From NCBI GenBank assembly GCA_963926065.1, contig CAWUWQ010000150.1, positions 1 through 49,453 on the forward strand: a DNA stretch of 49,453 nt. Direction: 5' to 3'. The notes below the pieces were generated by a model that was not told the DNA's origin, made no database searches, and worked only from the letters and a program-made list of their open reading frames with translations. The position numbers and the translations under genes were made by a program. Shown piece by piece: positions 1 to 10,086 of the stretch. This stretch comes from an uncultured Algoriphagus sp. (lineage in GTDB: Bacteria > Bacteroidota > Bacteroidia > Cytophagales > Cyclobacteriaceae). Numbering within the stretch: position 1 is the first letter of the stretch; the number at the start of each line of letters is the position of its first letter.

Positions 1-419
1 GGTTCATATTTAGCTCCTTGTGCTATCCAAATTTTGATCAATTCGATCTCAGATGATGAAAGTGAAAGATTTGATTCTGGTGGCGGCATCAGTTCTCCGG
101 GATCTTCAGAAGTGATTCGATGGTAAAGCATCGATTCTTCAATATTTCCAGCAACCAAAGCAAATTTTCCCTTTGATTCTTTCAAGGCAGCGAAAGCACC
201 TTCTTCGGTATCCAATCTGAACTCAGATTCACGCTTATTGGCATCTGGCCCATGGCATGCAAAGCATTTGTCTGATAGAATAGGGCGGATATGAAAATTA
301 TAACTTACCTGCTCTCCCTTAGCCAAAAGGACAGCATCGCCTTTTTCAGATGTGCAATTCCATACTAGTAGCGGGAAAAATAACAGGAAAGAGTGGCTAA
401 TATTTAGGATTGATTTCAT
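1..419 (-). CDS. 5' part of planctomycete cytochrome c (PSCyt1)-domain protein, probably DUF1549/DUF1553 type; runs off the window
   Basis: Manual translation (absent from ORF track): MKSILNISHSFLLFFPLLVWNCTSEK...VSYNFHIRPILSDKCFACHGPD...LMPP...WIAQGAKYE; CxxCH heme motif, N-terminal signal with possible lipoprotein Cys. Confidence 0.85.
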   Translation of the reverse strand, partial: MKSILNISHSFLLFFPLLVWNCTSEKGDAVLLAKGEQVSYNFHIRPILSDKCFACHGPDANKRESEFRLDTEEGAFAALKESKGKFALVAGNIEESMLYHRITSEDPGELMPPPESNLSLSSSEIELIKIWIAQGAKYE

Positions 420-620
420 TTCTTTAATTGGAAACGGACAACAAAATATAGGTATAATTGCAGCCAATCGCGTCATGCATTAGACTAAAAATTCAATAAA
501 GTTTGAGTTCTATCCCTATTTTTTTTCTAAAAAAATATTGCTATTGGATAGGGAAACCGATTGATTGGATCCTAGCAAAAAGGGGTTGTTGTCTTTTCTT
601 TAAAAAATTTATTTCCTCAA

Positions 621-652
621 AAAGAAAAAAGCCAGCTTTTTGAAGCTGGCTT
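621..652 (-). terminator. Intrinsic terminator after accC
   Basis: Minus strand AAGCCAGCTT-CAAA-AAGCTGGCTT followed by TTTTCTTT. Confidence 0.85.
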
Positions 653-656
653 AAGT

Positions 657-2006
657 TTATTTCTTAATGACTGAAAAGTCAAAGTCTTCTAGGAACTTGG
701 TGGTAAAGTCACCTTCATTGAATTTCTTATCATTCAGCAAGGCAATATGAAATGGGATAGTAGTCTTAATTCCATCGATCACAAATTCCTCTAATGCCCG
801 TTTCATTCGCACGATAACTTCTTCTCTGGATTGTCCGCTTACAATAAGCTTCGCAATCATGGAGTCATAATTAGGCGGAATCACATACCCTGCATACACA
901 TGTGAATCGATTCTTACGCCTCGGCCTCCTGGAATATGAAGATTTTGAATCTTCCCTGGACTTGGTCTGAATCCATGAGCAGGATCTTCTGCATTAATTC
1001 TGCATTCCATCGCAAAAAGCTTTGGATAATAGTTTCTTCCGCTGATAAGTTCACCTGCAGCAACTTTGATTTGTTCTTTTATTAGGTCAAAATCAGTTAC
1101 TTCTTCGGTAATAGGATGCTCGACTTGAATTCGAGTATTCATCTCCATGAAGTAGAAATTCCGATCCTTATCCACCAAGAATTCAATGGTACCAGCTCCC
1201 TCGTATTTAATCGCCTCAGCACCTTTGATAGCAGCTTTGCCCATCGCTTCGCGAAGTTCATCTGTAATGAAAGGGGAAGGGGTCTCTTCTACAAGTTTTT
1301 GATGTCTTCGTTGGATTGAGCAATCTCGCTCCGAAAGATGGCAAGCTTTGCCTGTCCTATCTCCGATAATTTGGATTTCGATATGTCTCGGCTCCTCTAC
1401 GTATTTTTCTAGATACAAACCATCATTGCCAAATGATGCCCCAGACTCCATTCGGGCATCATCCCATGCCTTTTTGAATCCTTTTTCTTCCTTAACGATA
1501 CGCATACCTTTACCACCACCACCAGCTGTAGCTTTTAAAATAACAGGATAGCCCATTTCAGTGGCGATTTTTATTCCCTCTTCGATGGATGACAAGATTC
1601 CTTCTGAACCTGGAATAGTTGGCACTCCAGCTTTTCTCATAGTCGCTTTAGCAGTTGCCTTATCGCCCATTTGATTGATCATGTCTGCACTTGCCCCAAT
1701 AAACTTGATTCCATATTCTTCACAGATTTTGGAAAACTCAGCATTTTCGGAAAGAAAGCCATAGCCGGGATGGATTGCATCCGCATTGGTGATTTCTGCT
1801 GCGGCTATGATTCTGGGAATATTCAGATACGAGTCCTTACTTGGAGCGGGTCCAATACAAACGGCTTCGTCTGCAAACCGCACATGTAAGCTGTCCTTAT
1901 CTGCAGTAGAATAGACTGCAACGGTCTTGATCCCCATTTCCTTACAGGTACGGATGATTCTAAGAGCAATCTCGCCTCTATTTGCAATTAATATTTTTGA
2001 AAACAC
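657..2006 (-). CDS. accC: Acetyl-CoA carboxylase biotin carboxylase subunit
   Basis: [38 protein letters not shown] motifs; follows accB. Confidence 0.98.
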   Translation of the reverse strand: MFSKILIANRGEIALRIIRTCKEMGIKTVAVYSTADKDSLHVRFADEAVCIGPAPSKDSYLNIPRIIAAAEITNADAIHPGYGFLSENAEFSKICEEYGIKFIGASADMINQMGDKATAKATMRKAGVPTIPGSEGILSSIEEGIKIATEMGYPVILKATAGGGGKGMRIVKEEKGFKKAWDDARMESGASFGNDGLYLEKYVEEPRHIEIQIIGDRTGKACHLSERDCSIQRRHQKLVEETPSPFITDELREAMGKAAIKGAEAIKYEGAGTIEFLVDKDRNFYFMEMNTRIQVEHPITEEVTDFDLIKEQIKVAAGELISGRNYYPKLFAMECRINAEDPAHGFRPSPGKIQNLHIPGGRGVRIDSHVYAGYVIPPNYDSMIAKLIVSGQSREEVIVRMKRALEEFVIDGIKTTIPFHIALLNDKKFNEGDFTTKFLEDFDFSVIKK

Positions 2007-2029
2007 GGTATTCTAATTAAGATTGATAA

Positions 2030-2497
2030 TTAACCTGCTGGATCTACCAAAAATAATGGCTGATCGTACTCCACTGGGCTGGCATTGCTCACAAGGATTT
2101 TTACAATTTTCCCGGAAATTTCAGATTCTATCTCATTGAATAGTTTCATTGCCTCAATGATACAGACTGTCTCTCCAGCTTTGATCACATCACCTTCGCT
2201 GACGAAAGCAGGAGATTCTGGATTTGCCGTTAGGTAAAAAGTGCCAATCATTGGAGATTTGATTTCCACCAGATTGGATGGGGTAGCAGCAGGTGCTGCT
2301 GGCGTAGCAGCTGCTGAGGCAATAGCTTGCGCTGCAGGTGCCACAATTTGTGTCGGAGCGGATTCTACATAGCGAGTACCAGACTGGTCCGCATATTTTT
2401 TTATAGAAAGTTCAAACTCATCTGTTTTGATTTTGACCTCAGCGAGGCCCGAATTTGAAATATAATCGATTAATTCCTGAATCTCTTTTGCTTTCAT
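2030..2497 (-). CDS. accB: Biotin carboxyl carrier protein
   Basis: EAMKL biotinylation motif, Ala/Pro linker, SPMIGTFY. Confidence 0.98.
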   Translation of the reverse strand: MKAKEIQELIDYISNSGLAEVKIKTDEFELSIKKYADQSGTRYVESAPTQIVAPAAQAIASAAATPAAPAATPSNLVEIKSPMIGTFYLTANPESPAFVSEGDVIKAGETVCIIEAMKLFNEIESEISGKIVKILVSNASPVEYDQPLFLVDPAG

Positions 2498-2592
2498 AAG
2501 TTGGATTTTTTGTTTGCTCAGGGCAAATTATAGGTTGGGTTTAAAAACGTAAAAGCCGAGAAATTTAAGGAAATCAAAAGGCTTTTTCGAAC

Positions 2593-3156
2593 TTATTTCA
2601 CTCTTTCGGAGTAGGATTTATCTCGTGTATCCACCTTGATCATGATGTCTTGCTCTACAAATAGCGGGACCATTACAATAGCTCCAGTTTCTAATGTCGC
2701 TGGTTTAGTGGCATTAGTTGCAGTATCTCCTTTGATACCAGGCTCAGTGTAAGTGATCATCAATTCTACAAACGGAGGAAGCTCTACTGAAAGTGGAGTC
2801 TCTGTCTCATCATGAATCAAGATGTCTACTAACTGACCGTCTTTTAATAAATCATATCGTTCAATCAATTTTTCTTCAATAGAAATTTGCTCGAAGGTGT
2901 TAGTATCCATGAAGTTGTAGCCAAAATCATCTTTGTATAAAAATTGATGAGGACGCTTTTCCACACGTGCAGTTTCTACTTTTTCTCCTGCGTTGAAAGT
3001 TTTTTCCAAAGTTTTACCGCTGGTCAACCCTTTCATTTTTGTTCTTACGAATGCTGCTCCTTTACCTGGTTTGACATGCTGAAATTCTACAATTGTGAAA
3101 ATATCATTGTTCATCACCAGGCATAGTCCGTTTTTAAAATCTGCAGTACTTGCCAT
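2593..3156 (-). CDS. efp: Elongation factor P
   Basis: HVKPGKG loop, PGIKGDT, KPATLETG. Confidence 0.98.
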   Translation of the reverse strand: MASTADFKNGLCLVMNNDIFTIVEFQHVKPGKGAAFVRTKMKGLTSGKTLEKTFNAGEKVETARVEKRPHQFLYKDDFGYNFMDTNTFEQISIEEKLIERYDLLKDGQLVDILIHDETETPLSVELPPFVELMITYTEPGIKGDTATNATKPATLETGAIVMVPLFVEQDIMIKVDTRDKSYSERVK

Positions 3157-3179
3157 AATTATTTTTATTAATCTAAATT

Positions 3180-4178
3180 TTATTTTGGATCATAGGCCCA
3201 TTTCAAATAAATAGCTCCCCAAGTGAAGCCTCCACCAAATGCTGCCAATATTAAGTTGTCACCTTTTTTCAATTTCTTCTCATAATCCCAAAGACACAAT
3301 GGGATAGTCGCAGCGGTGGTATTTCCGTATTTCTCGATGTTCATCATGACCTTATCTTGGCCGATTCCCATTCGATTAGCTGTTGCATCAATGATGCGCC
3401 TGTTTGCTTGATGTGGAACTAGCCATGACACGTCATCACCTTTCAGTCCATTGCGCTCCATTACCTGAGCACTGACGTCTGCCATGTTGGTGACTGCAAA
3501 CTTAAATACCGATGCACCCTCCTGATAGGCAAAATGTTCTTTTGCCATCACAGAATCGATGGTGGCAGGTCTTGCACTTCCTCCAGCTTTCATATGTAGA
3601 TAGGGAGCTCCGGAACCATCAGATTTCAGAATTGTGTCCATAATCCCAAACTCTTCCGTGGTTGGCTCCAACAATACAGCTCCGGCTCCATCACCAAATA
3701 GAATACAAGTAGTTCTGTCCGTGTAATCGACTATAGAAGACATTTTATCTACGCCCACGATGATTACTTTTTTATGCGTACCTGTTTGGATATACTGGCT
3801 GCCCATATTTAAAGCAAAAAGGAAACCTGAGCAAGCGGCAGCCACATCGAAACTGTAGCTATTTTTTGCACCAACTTTATCTGCGATAATATTCCCAGTA
3901 GCTGGAAATGGCATATCAGGCGTCACCGTAGCACAGATGATCAAGTCAATATCCAATGGATCAGTTCCTGTTTTTTCAAGAAGACCCTTTACGGCTGCTG
4001 AGCCCATAACGGAACTTCCCTGATTTTCTCCTTTTAAAATTCTTCGTTCTCTTATGCCAGTTCTGGAGAAAATCCACTCATCATTTGTCTCTACTAGCTT
4101 TTCAAGTTCTTTGTTGGTCAAGACGTAATCCGGAACATATCCTTGGATTCCGGTAATCATGGCTCTGATTTTGCCCAT
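3180..4178 (-). CDS. fabH: Beta-ketoacyl-ACP synthase III
   Basis: AACSGF, PHQAN and YGNT catalytic Cys/His/Asn motifs; GGGFTWG. Confidence 0.97.
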   Translation of the reverse strand: MGKIRAMITGIQGYVPDYVLTNKELEKLVETNDEWIFSRTGIRERRILKGENQGSSVMGSAAVKGLLEKTGTDPLDIDLIICATVTPDMPFPATGNIIADKVGAKNSYSFDVAAACSGFLFALNMGSQYIQTGTHKKVIIVGVDKMSSIVDYTDRTTCILFGDGAGAVLLEPTTEEFGIMDTILKSDGSGAPYLHMKAGGSARPATIDSVMAKEHFAYQEGASVFKFAVTNMADVSAQVMERNGLKGDDVSWLVPHQANRRIIDATANRMGIGQDKVMMNIEKYGNTTAATIPLCLWDYEKKLKKGDNLILAAFGGGFTWGAIYLKWAYDPK

Positions 4179-4262
4179 TTTGGAGGTTTTATGTTAAATT
4201 AATCTTAAGTAAGATTCAATTTAAATTAGGTTTTAGGAAAGTACTTTATCCTGTAAGGAAGG

Positions 4263-4294
4263 CAAAAATATTATAATTGTCAGTCACCACCAAA
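4263..4294 (-). promoter_or_regulatory. Bacteroidota sigma70-type promoter for fabH-efp-accBC
   Basis: TTTG (4291-4294) - 20 nt - TATTTTTG (4263-4270) on the minus strand. Confidence 0.65.
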
Positions 4295-4351
4295 ACAATT
4301 TGGTAACAGTTCCTTAATTAAAAATTTAATAGGAAAGCTTTCCTGCATGTC

Positions 4352-4390
4352 AAAAAAAAAAATCCACTCGATAGATTCGAATGGATTTTT
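4352..4390 (-). terminator. Intrinsic terminator after rpmF
   Basis: Minus strand AAAAATCCATTCGA-ATCTA-TCGAGTGGATTTTTTTTTTT. Confidence 0.85.
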
Positions 4391-4411
4391 GTAATGAGGG
4401 GTAAATGTTGA

Positions 4412-4603
4412 TTAGGCTAAAATCTCCTTCTCAATGATTACTTGACCTTTATAGTATAGCTTACCGTCAAGCCAGAAAGCTCTGTGAGGTAAATGCATTT
4501 CACCAGTAGTCTGACATTTAGCTAGCCCTGGAGCCTCAAGCTTGTAATGCGTTCTTCTTTTATCTCTTCTGGTTTTCGAAATTTTTCGTTTAGGATGTGC
4601 CAT
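4412..4603 (-). CDS. rpmF: 50S ribosomal protein L32
   Basis: [19 protein letters not shown]; position after the DUF177 gene. Confidence 0.97.
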   Translation of the reverse strand: MAHPKRKISKTRRDKRRTHYKLEAPGLAKCQTTGEMHLPHRAFWLDGKLYYKGQVIIEKEILA

Positions 4604-4615
4604 TTTATGTGTGGT

Positions 4616-5197
4616 TTATGATTGTTCCTTGTTTTTTAACTTTTTCAATAATTCCCATCTGGGATCTGCAATTTCTTCTTTTTGATCTTGATCACCTGAC
4701 GAATCTTCGTCGGAGTCGTTATCATAATCTCCATCAATGTAAGCGTAGGTGCCTTCTGCTTCAAAATCCTCTTCGTCAAATTCAGTTCGGTGATCGGGAT
4801 GAATTTTTTTTGCAGGAAGACCCAGCAAAATAAACTCATAAATAAACTGAGCCACGTTAATTTTAGAAGTGTCACGTGTGATTATGTAAACCTCTTCATT
4901 AACCTCTTCTTCTACCTCTCCGTATTTGAAAAGAATTTTCTCAGTTATTTCCAAGTGCTCAAAATACTCTTCGAGACTACGATCACAGATGAGTTTTACT
5001 TCCCCTGTAATCAGAAAATTCATTTCTATCAGATTTGCTCCTTTGTCCATCAAGACTCTTACAGTCAAGATGCCTTCATCAAGTAGTTCATTGTCTTCGA
5101 AATGCTGAAAAAACTCTTTTCCAATTTCAAAATCAATTTCGTACTTACCCTCCAGAAACTTAATGACCTCAATATCAAATGTTCTTAAGAATTTCAC
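4616..5197 (-). CDS. yceD: DUF177/YceD family protein
   Basis: CDRSLE motif, C-terminal DPRWELLKKL, conserved position upstream of rpmF. Confidence 0.92.
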   Translation of the reverse strand: MKFLRTFDIEVIKFLEGKYEIDFEIGKEFFQHFEDNELLDEGILTVRVLMDKGANLIEMNFLITGEVKLICDRSLEEYFEHLEITEKILFKYGEVEEEVNEEVYIITRDTSKINVAQFIYEFILLGLPAKKIHPDHRTEFDEEDFEAEGTYAYIDGDYDNDSDEDSSGDQDQKEEIADPRWELLKKLKNKEQS

Positions 5198-5305
5198 GAT
5201 ACCTCCCCTTGATTTAAGAGCGCAAATTTAAGTAAATTTTAGATAAGGATAAAAGAGAATTTAAAATAATCTTTGGTAAAGTGTTTTAAATGTGTCTCAA
5301 ATTGA

Positions 5306-6328
5306 TTAATCCTCCTCTTCCTCAGGGTGATGCTGTCGGATGATATCGATTGCTAGATATAGCGCTGAGCGCATCGAACCTTCATCTGCGATGTTTTTTC
5401 CAGCAATATTATAGGCAGTCCCATGATCTGGAGAGGTCCGGATTACAGGAAGTCCTGCAGTAAAATTAACGCCAGTACTGAATGCGATGGTCTTAAAAGG
5501 CACTAATCCCTGATCGTGGTACATCGCCAAAACCCCATCAAATTTAATATGATGACCCATTCCAAAAAAACCATCAGCTGGATATGGCCCAAAGACTAAC
5601 TTGTTTTGATCTTTCAATTCATTGATTGTGGGCTTGATCACGTTTTCTTCTTCGGAACCAAGTAATCCATCCTCGCCTGCGTGTGGGTTTAATCCTAGAA
5701 TAGCAATTTTTGGTTTGCCTATTCCAAAATCATTTTTCAATGACTCCAATAATAGGTTTGCCTTTTTTACGATTAGCTCTTTTGTGATAGACTCTGATAC
5801 TTTACTAATCGGGATGTGTCCAGTAACTAGACCAACTTTAAATCGCTCCGCAACCATCAACATCAAGCTGTCAGATTTCCCTACAGCTTGAGTTATGAAT
5901 TCTGTATGACCTACGAAAGGCAGTTCTTCTGAATTAATATTGTTTTTATTGACAGGGGCGGTAACCAATCCCTGGATTCTGCCTTCTTTCAAGTCATCCA
6001 CGGCCATCCGAAGTGCTGTCAATGCAAATTTCCCTGCTTCTTGAGTTTCTGCACCAGGAATAATCTCAGGGCATTCCTCGGTCACATTGATCACATTGAT
6101 TTTTCGATGCTGCACCTCATCAAGGTTTCTGATCTGCGAAAAATTGAATTGGTCGAGATCAAGTAATTTCTTATAAAAAGTCAAGGCCTTTCCATGTGCA
6201 TAAATTACAGGAGTCACTGATTTATAGACCCGATTATCCGATAGGCTCTTCATGACTACCTCTACACTGATCCCGTTTAAATCCCCGATACTAATCCCTA
6301 AAATGGATCTTTTCTTTTTTTGATTCAT
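5306..6328 (-). CDS. pdxA: 4-hydroxythreonine-4-phosphate dehydrogenase
   Basis: TAPVNK, GHTE, GLNPHAGE, AMYHDQGL, RTSPDHGTA. Confidence 0.96.
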   Translation of the reverse strand: MNQKKKRSILGISIGDLNGISVEVVMKSLSDNRVYKSVTPVIYAHGKALTFYKKLLDLDQFNFSQIRNLDEVQHRKINVINVTEECPEIIPGAETQEAGKFALTALRMAVDDLKEGRIQGLVTAPVNKNNINSEELPFVGHTEFITQAVGKSDSLMLMVAERFKVGLVTGHIPISKVSESITKELIVKKANLLLESLKNDFGIGKPKIAILGLNPHAGEDGLLGSEEENVIKPTINELKDQNKLVFGPYPADGFFGMGHHIKFDGVLAMYHDQGLVPFKTIAFSTGVNFTAGLPVIRTSPDHGTAYNIAGKNIADEGSMRSALYLAIDIIRQHHPEEEED

Positions 6329-6443
6329 ACTGATTGGCCTAGAATAGCCCGATTCGTTTGGTTGGATCTAAAGATCTTGGTTAGACCTTTAGGAATATTC
6401 CATTAATTTTATGACGCAATTTATAAAAAAATATCAGAGCGAT

Positions 6444-7232
6444 ATGATGGAAAAAGTCAAAGCTAAGAAACACTTGGGTCAACATTTCCTAACTGATCTA
6501 AGCATAGCTGAGCGGATAGCACAGGCTGTCACTGGACATCATGGGGCTGATAAAGTTTTGGAAATAGGTCCAGGGATGGGGGTCTTGACTGACTTTCTGA
6601 AGGATCAGCCTCTGGAATTGTTCATGATCGAAATAGATAGAGATTCGATTTCCTACTTGAAAAAGAAGTATCCAGATCTTACTGATCGGATAATCGAAGG
6701 TGATTTCTTGAAAATGAACCTGGAAGAATATTTTAAAGAAAAATATGCCATCACGGGTAATTTTCCTTACAATATTTCTTCACAGATTTTTTTTAAAGTT
6801 CTCGAAGTCAAAGATCAAGTTACCGAAGTAGTTTGTATGCTTCAGAAAGAAGTAGCCGAGCGAATTGCTTCCCCAAAAGGAAATAAGGACTATGGAATCT
6901 TATCGGTATTGCTTCAGGCGTATTATGATATTTCATATTTGTTCACTGTTCCTCCTGAGGTTTTTGATCCGCCTCCAAGAGTAAATTCAGGGGTGATTCG
7001 TCTTGTGCGAAACAATGTCGAAAAACTCGACTGTAATGAAAAACTCTTCAAACAAGTGGTAAAGGCTGGTTTTGGAAATCGGCGAAAAACACTCCGGAAT
7101 TGTTTGAAGCCATTTAATTTGCCGGCAGAATTCAATACACATCCAATCCTTGACAAGCGAGCAGAACAGCTTGACGTCGCTGATTTTATATTCCTCACCC
7201 AAACAATCGAAGCTGCTCGTGGAAATCATTAA
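6444..7232 (+). CDS. rsmA: 16S rRNA m6,2A1518/1519 dimethyltransferase (start 6444 or 6447)
   Basis: KKHLGQHFL, LEIGPGMG, GNFPYNIS, F-x-PPPRVNS. Confidence 0.96.
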   Translation: MMEKVKAKKHLGQHFLTDLSIAERIAQAVTGHHGADKVLEIGPGMGVLTDFLKDQPLELFMIEIDRDSISYLKKKYPDLTDRIIEGDFLKMNLEEYFKEKYAITGNFPYNISSQIFFKVLEVKDQVTEVVCMLQKEVAERIASPKGNKDYGILSVLLQAYYDISYLFTVPPEVFDPPPRVNSGVIRLVRNNVEKLDCNEKLFKQVVKAGFGNRRKTLRNCLKPFNLPAEFNTHPILDKRAEQLDVADFIFLTQTIEAARGNH

Positions 7233-8586
7233 GCAATTTGAACTGTCCAAACAATACTTGGAAAGTCTCCAAGTAGCTATTGAAGCAGAAGACTTTGAAT
7301 TCATTCGAGAGTCCTTCGATGGGGTGAATATGGCGGATGTGGCAGCGCTACTCGAAGAGCTTTCTTTTGATGAATCGCTTTATGTGATTCGAAGTATAGA
7401 AACTCAGCAATCAGCGGATATACTCATTGAGTTGGAGGACGATACGCTTGCTAAAGTTCTGAAAGAAATGCAAGCATCTGAGAAGGCCACCTATATAGAA
7501 ATGATGGATTCTGATGATGGTGCAGATATTCTCAATCTATTTGCAGAACGAGATCGTGAGGATATCATTAGCTACTTTCAGGATAAGGTCAAATCGGATC
7601 AGATTCTTGAACTCCTCAGATACGATGAAGATACCGCTGGAGGTATCATGGCGAAGGAATACATCCGAGCTAACAAGAATTGGAACGTAGTCCAGACGAT
7701 TAATGAAATCCGGAGACAGGCCGAAAATGTAGATAAAATCTTTTCCATCTATGTGGTAAATAATCGTCAGATACTGTTGGGACGTGTGTCCTTAAAAAAA
7801 ATAGTTCTAGCCGTTGAAGGGACGAAAATTGAGGATATCTACGAAGATGAAGTAATCTCTGTTCCCACTTATATGGATCAGGAGGAAGTGGCAGAGATCA
7901 TGCGAAAATATGACTTGGAATCTGTGCCAGTAGTCAATTCAAAAAATAAATTGGTTGGTCGAATTACGGTCGATGATATCCTTGATATAATCATGGAAGA
8001 AGCTGAGGAGGATATTCAGGCAATGACCGGAATCTCTGATACGGTTGATGAATATGATTCGGTATTCAAGCTTTCCAAGGCGAGACTTCCTTGGCTTTTG
8101 ATCGGGATAGTAGGGGGTCTTTTGGGGGCTGGATTCATTGGTTTTTTCGAAGAAGGCTTGAGTAAAGTCACCGCCCTTGCTTTCTTTATCCCTTTGATCA
8201 CTGCAACCGGGGGAAATGTTGGAATTCAATCTTCATCCCTTGTAGTCCAATCACTTGCTAACAAATCAATCTTTGACGATTCGCTTTCCAGGCGTTTTAT
8301 CAAAGTTTTTTTGGTGGCTATTTTAAATGGTATCATCCTAGCCACTTTCGTTTTCGGAGCTGTTGTCTTTTTCTATCGTAGTGAAGTGGCGTTTGCTTTG
8401 GTGGTTTCAATTGCCTTATTCTCAGTTGTGTTATTGGCTTCATTCATGGGAACCATTACACCGATTGTCTTGGATAAGATAGGGATTAATCCTGCACTAG
8501 CATCTGGTCCATTTATTACTACTGCCAATGATTTATTAGGATTGGCTGTCTATTTCTTAGTAGCGATGTCGCTACTTAACATCTAA
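7219..8586 (+). CDS. mgtE: Magnesium transporter MgtE (GTG start inferred)
   Basis: N domain plus CBS pair, RLPWL, GGNVGIQS, NPALASGPFITTANDLLG. Confidence 0.95.
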   Translation: MEIIKQFELSKQYLESLQVAIEAEDFEFIRESFDGVNMADVAALLEELSFDESLYVIRSIETQQSADILIELEDDTLAKVLKEMQASEKATYIEMMDSDDGADILNLFAERDREDIISYFQDKVKSDQILELLRYDEDTAGGIMAKEYIRANKNWNVVQTINEIRRQAENVDKIFSIYVVNNRQILLGRVSLKKIVLAVEGTKIEDIYEDEVISVPTYMDQEEVAEIMRKYDLESVPVVNSKNKLVGRITVDDILDIIMEEAEEDIQAMTGISDTVDEYDSVFKLSKARLPWLLIGIVGGLLGAGFIGFFEEGLSKVTALAFFIPLITATGGNVGIQSSSLVVQSLANKSIFDDSLSRRFIKVFLVAILNGIILATFVFGAVVFFYRSEVAFALVVSIALFSVVLLASFMGTITPIVLDKIGINPALASGPFITTANDLLGLAVYFLVAMSLLNI

Positions 8587-8594
8587 TCTTCCCT

Positions 8595-9524
8595 ATGAAA
8601 ATTCTGATAATTGATGAGATGCATGAGGGGATTATCCCCTTGCTTGAGGAGCTTGGACATGAGGCTGTTTATTTGCCAAAAATCACTCGAGAGGAAATAC
8701 TCGAGCAGGTGGATCAATATCAAGGTTTGATTATCCGTTCAAAAACTCCAATGGATCTGGAATTGCTTTCTAAAGCTACTCAGTTAAAATTCATCGGGAG
8801 AGCAGGAGCGGGACTAGATCAGATTGATTTGGAATACCTTGAAAACAAGAATATTAAGCTTTTTCATGCAGCAAAAGGAAATCGAGATGCTGTAGCTGAA
8901 CATGCTTTGGGGATGCTATTGGCTTTATTTAATCAATTCAAAAAAGCTGATTTGGAAATTAGAAATGGCATCTGGGATCGTGACGGAAATAGAGGGGTAG
9001 AGCTAAAAGGTAAGACCGTCGGGATTTTGGGTTTCGGTAATATGGGGAAAGCCTTTGCCAAAAGGCTGAAGGGATTTGGAGTTAAAGTCCTAGCCTATGA
9101 CAAATACAAGACTGGTTTTGGGAATAAATTCATCAAAGAAGTTTCGTGGGATGAGTTAAAATCAAAAGCTGATATTCTAAGTGTACATGTGCCTCTTACT
9201 GCTGAAACCAAAGATTTTCTTTCCCTAGCTGAATTAAAAAGCTTTAAAAACCCATTCTGGCTAATAAATACCGCGCGTGGAGAGGTGATTAGCTTTCAAA
9301 CCCTGAATACTGCTTTAGATCAGTATGTTTTAAAAGGAGCGGTTTTGGATGTCCTAGAGAATGAGAAGTTCAAAAAATTTAGCCCTACCCAAAAGGTCGG
9401 TTTTGAGAAACTAGCAGCTCGAGATACGGTGCTTTTTTCTCCCCATGTGGCCGGTTGGACTTTTGAATCCTATGAGAAGATCAATCAGGTTTTGGTCAAA
9501 AAGATTAAGAAATCATTTGGATAA
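8595..9524 (+). CDS. D-isomer-specific 2-hydroxyacid dehydrogenase (SerA-like)
   Basis: RAGAGLD, GILGFGNMG, INTARG, DVLENE, SPHVAG. Confidence 0.9.
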   Translation: MKILIIDEMHEGIIPLLEELGHEAVYLPKITREEILEQVDQYQGLIIRSKTPMDLELLSKATQLKFIGRAGAGLDQIDLEYLENKNIKLFHAAKGNRDAVAEHALGMLLALFNQFKKADLEIRNGIWDRDGNRGVELKGKTVGILGFGNMGKAFAKRLKGFGVKVLAYDKYKTGFGNKFIKEVSWDELKSKADILSVHVPLTAETKDFLSLAELKSFKNPFWLINTARGEVISFQTLNTALDQYVLKGAVLDVLENEKFKKFSPTQKVGFEKLAARDTVLFSPHVAGWTFESYEKINQVLVKKIKKSFG

Positions 9525-9537
9525 AAAGGTGGTGATC

Positions 9538-9900
9538 TTAAAGTTCTTGATCTGTTCCTAAGAAAGTCACTTTTTTTAAAACAATAGGCTTCAAGGTTTG
9601 TACTTGACTTTCATTAGAAATACTTTTTTTGGTTATTCCATTTCGCTTTTCAAAACTTCCAACTAGGGTTCGTTTTCCTTTCTTCACAATATTTTTGGTG
9701 GAAACTATTTTCATTGAACCGTCATTTTTGTCAATCGAAAATCGAAGAAGTGCAGATCTAAAATTATTTTAAGAAGTAGAAATTTCCTCTCAAAAAGCTA
9801 AAATGTATTGGTATTTAAAAAATTAGTCCACGACCTAGTAAATGATTTTATTTGAATCAGTAATTTTTCCACGAGGAATTATGAGTGTTTCTTACGGTTG
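9538..9900 (-). pseudogene. Possible decayed gene remnant or 58-aa small ORF (9538-9714)
   Basis: One minus frame is open for about 76 codons (NNFRSALLRFSIDKNDGSMKIVSTK...FLGTDQEL*) and continues upstream through four in-frame stops; no family recognised. Confidence 0.3.
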
Positions 9901-9970
9901 AAGCCATTTACACTGACATCAAAAAGAATTGGTTTTAAACCAAAATCAGGCCTTGAATAATCTTGAAGGC

Positions 9971-10002
9971 TTTGTTTTATGAAGCGAGATTTTATATTTT
10001 TG
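9971..10002 (+). promoter_or_regulatory. greA promoter
   Basis: TTTG (9971-9974) - 20 nt - TATTTTTG (9995-10002). Confidence 0.75.
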
Positions 10003-10024
10003 TTATCAAATAAGTTTAGATATC

Positions 10025-10062
10025 AAGTAACGGTCCCGTCGCGGGACCGTTACTTTGTTTTT
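10025..10062 (+). terminator. Terminator/attenuator hairpin in the greA 5' leader
   Basis: Perfect 14-bp stem AAGTAACGGTCCCG-TCG-CGGGACCGTTACTT followed by TGTTTTT. Confidence 0.8.
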
Positions 10063-10086
10063 AAAGGCTTACTAATAGAATTAACC

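Noticed and set aside
505-556. Imperfect AT-rich hairpin between accC and the cytochrome gene
   Set aside because: Pairing is mostly A/T homopolymer and is expected by chance at this composition.
9979-10086. N-terminal extensions in the ORF track (greA; also icmF 13695, mgtE 7150, SGNH 37916, yciH 38188)
   Set aside because: They overlap promoters, hairpins or neighbouring genes, and family-like sequence starts at the downstream codons.
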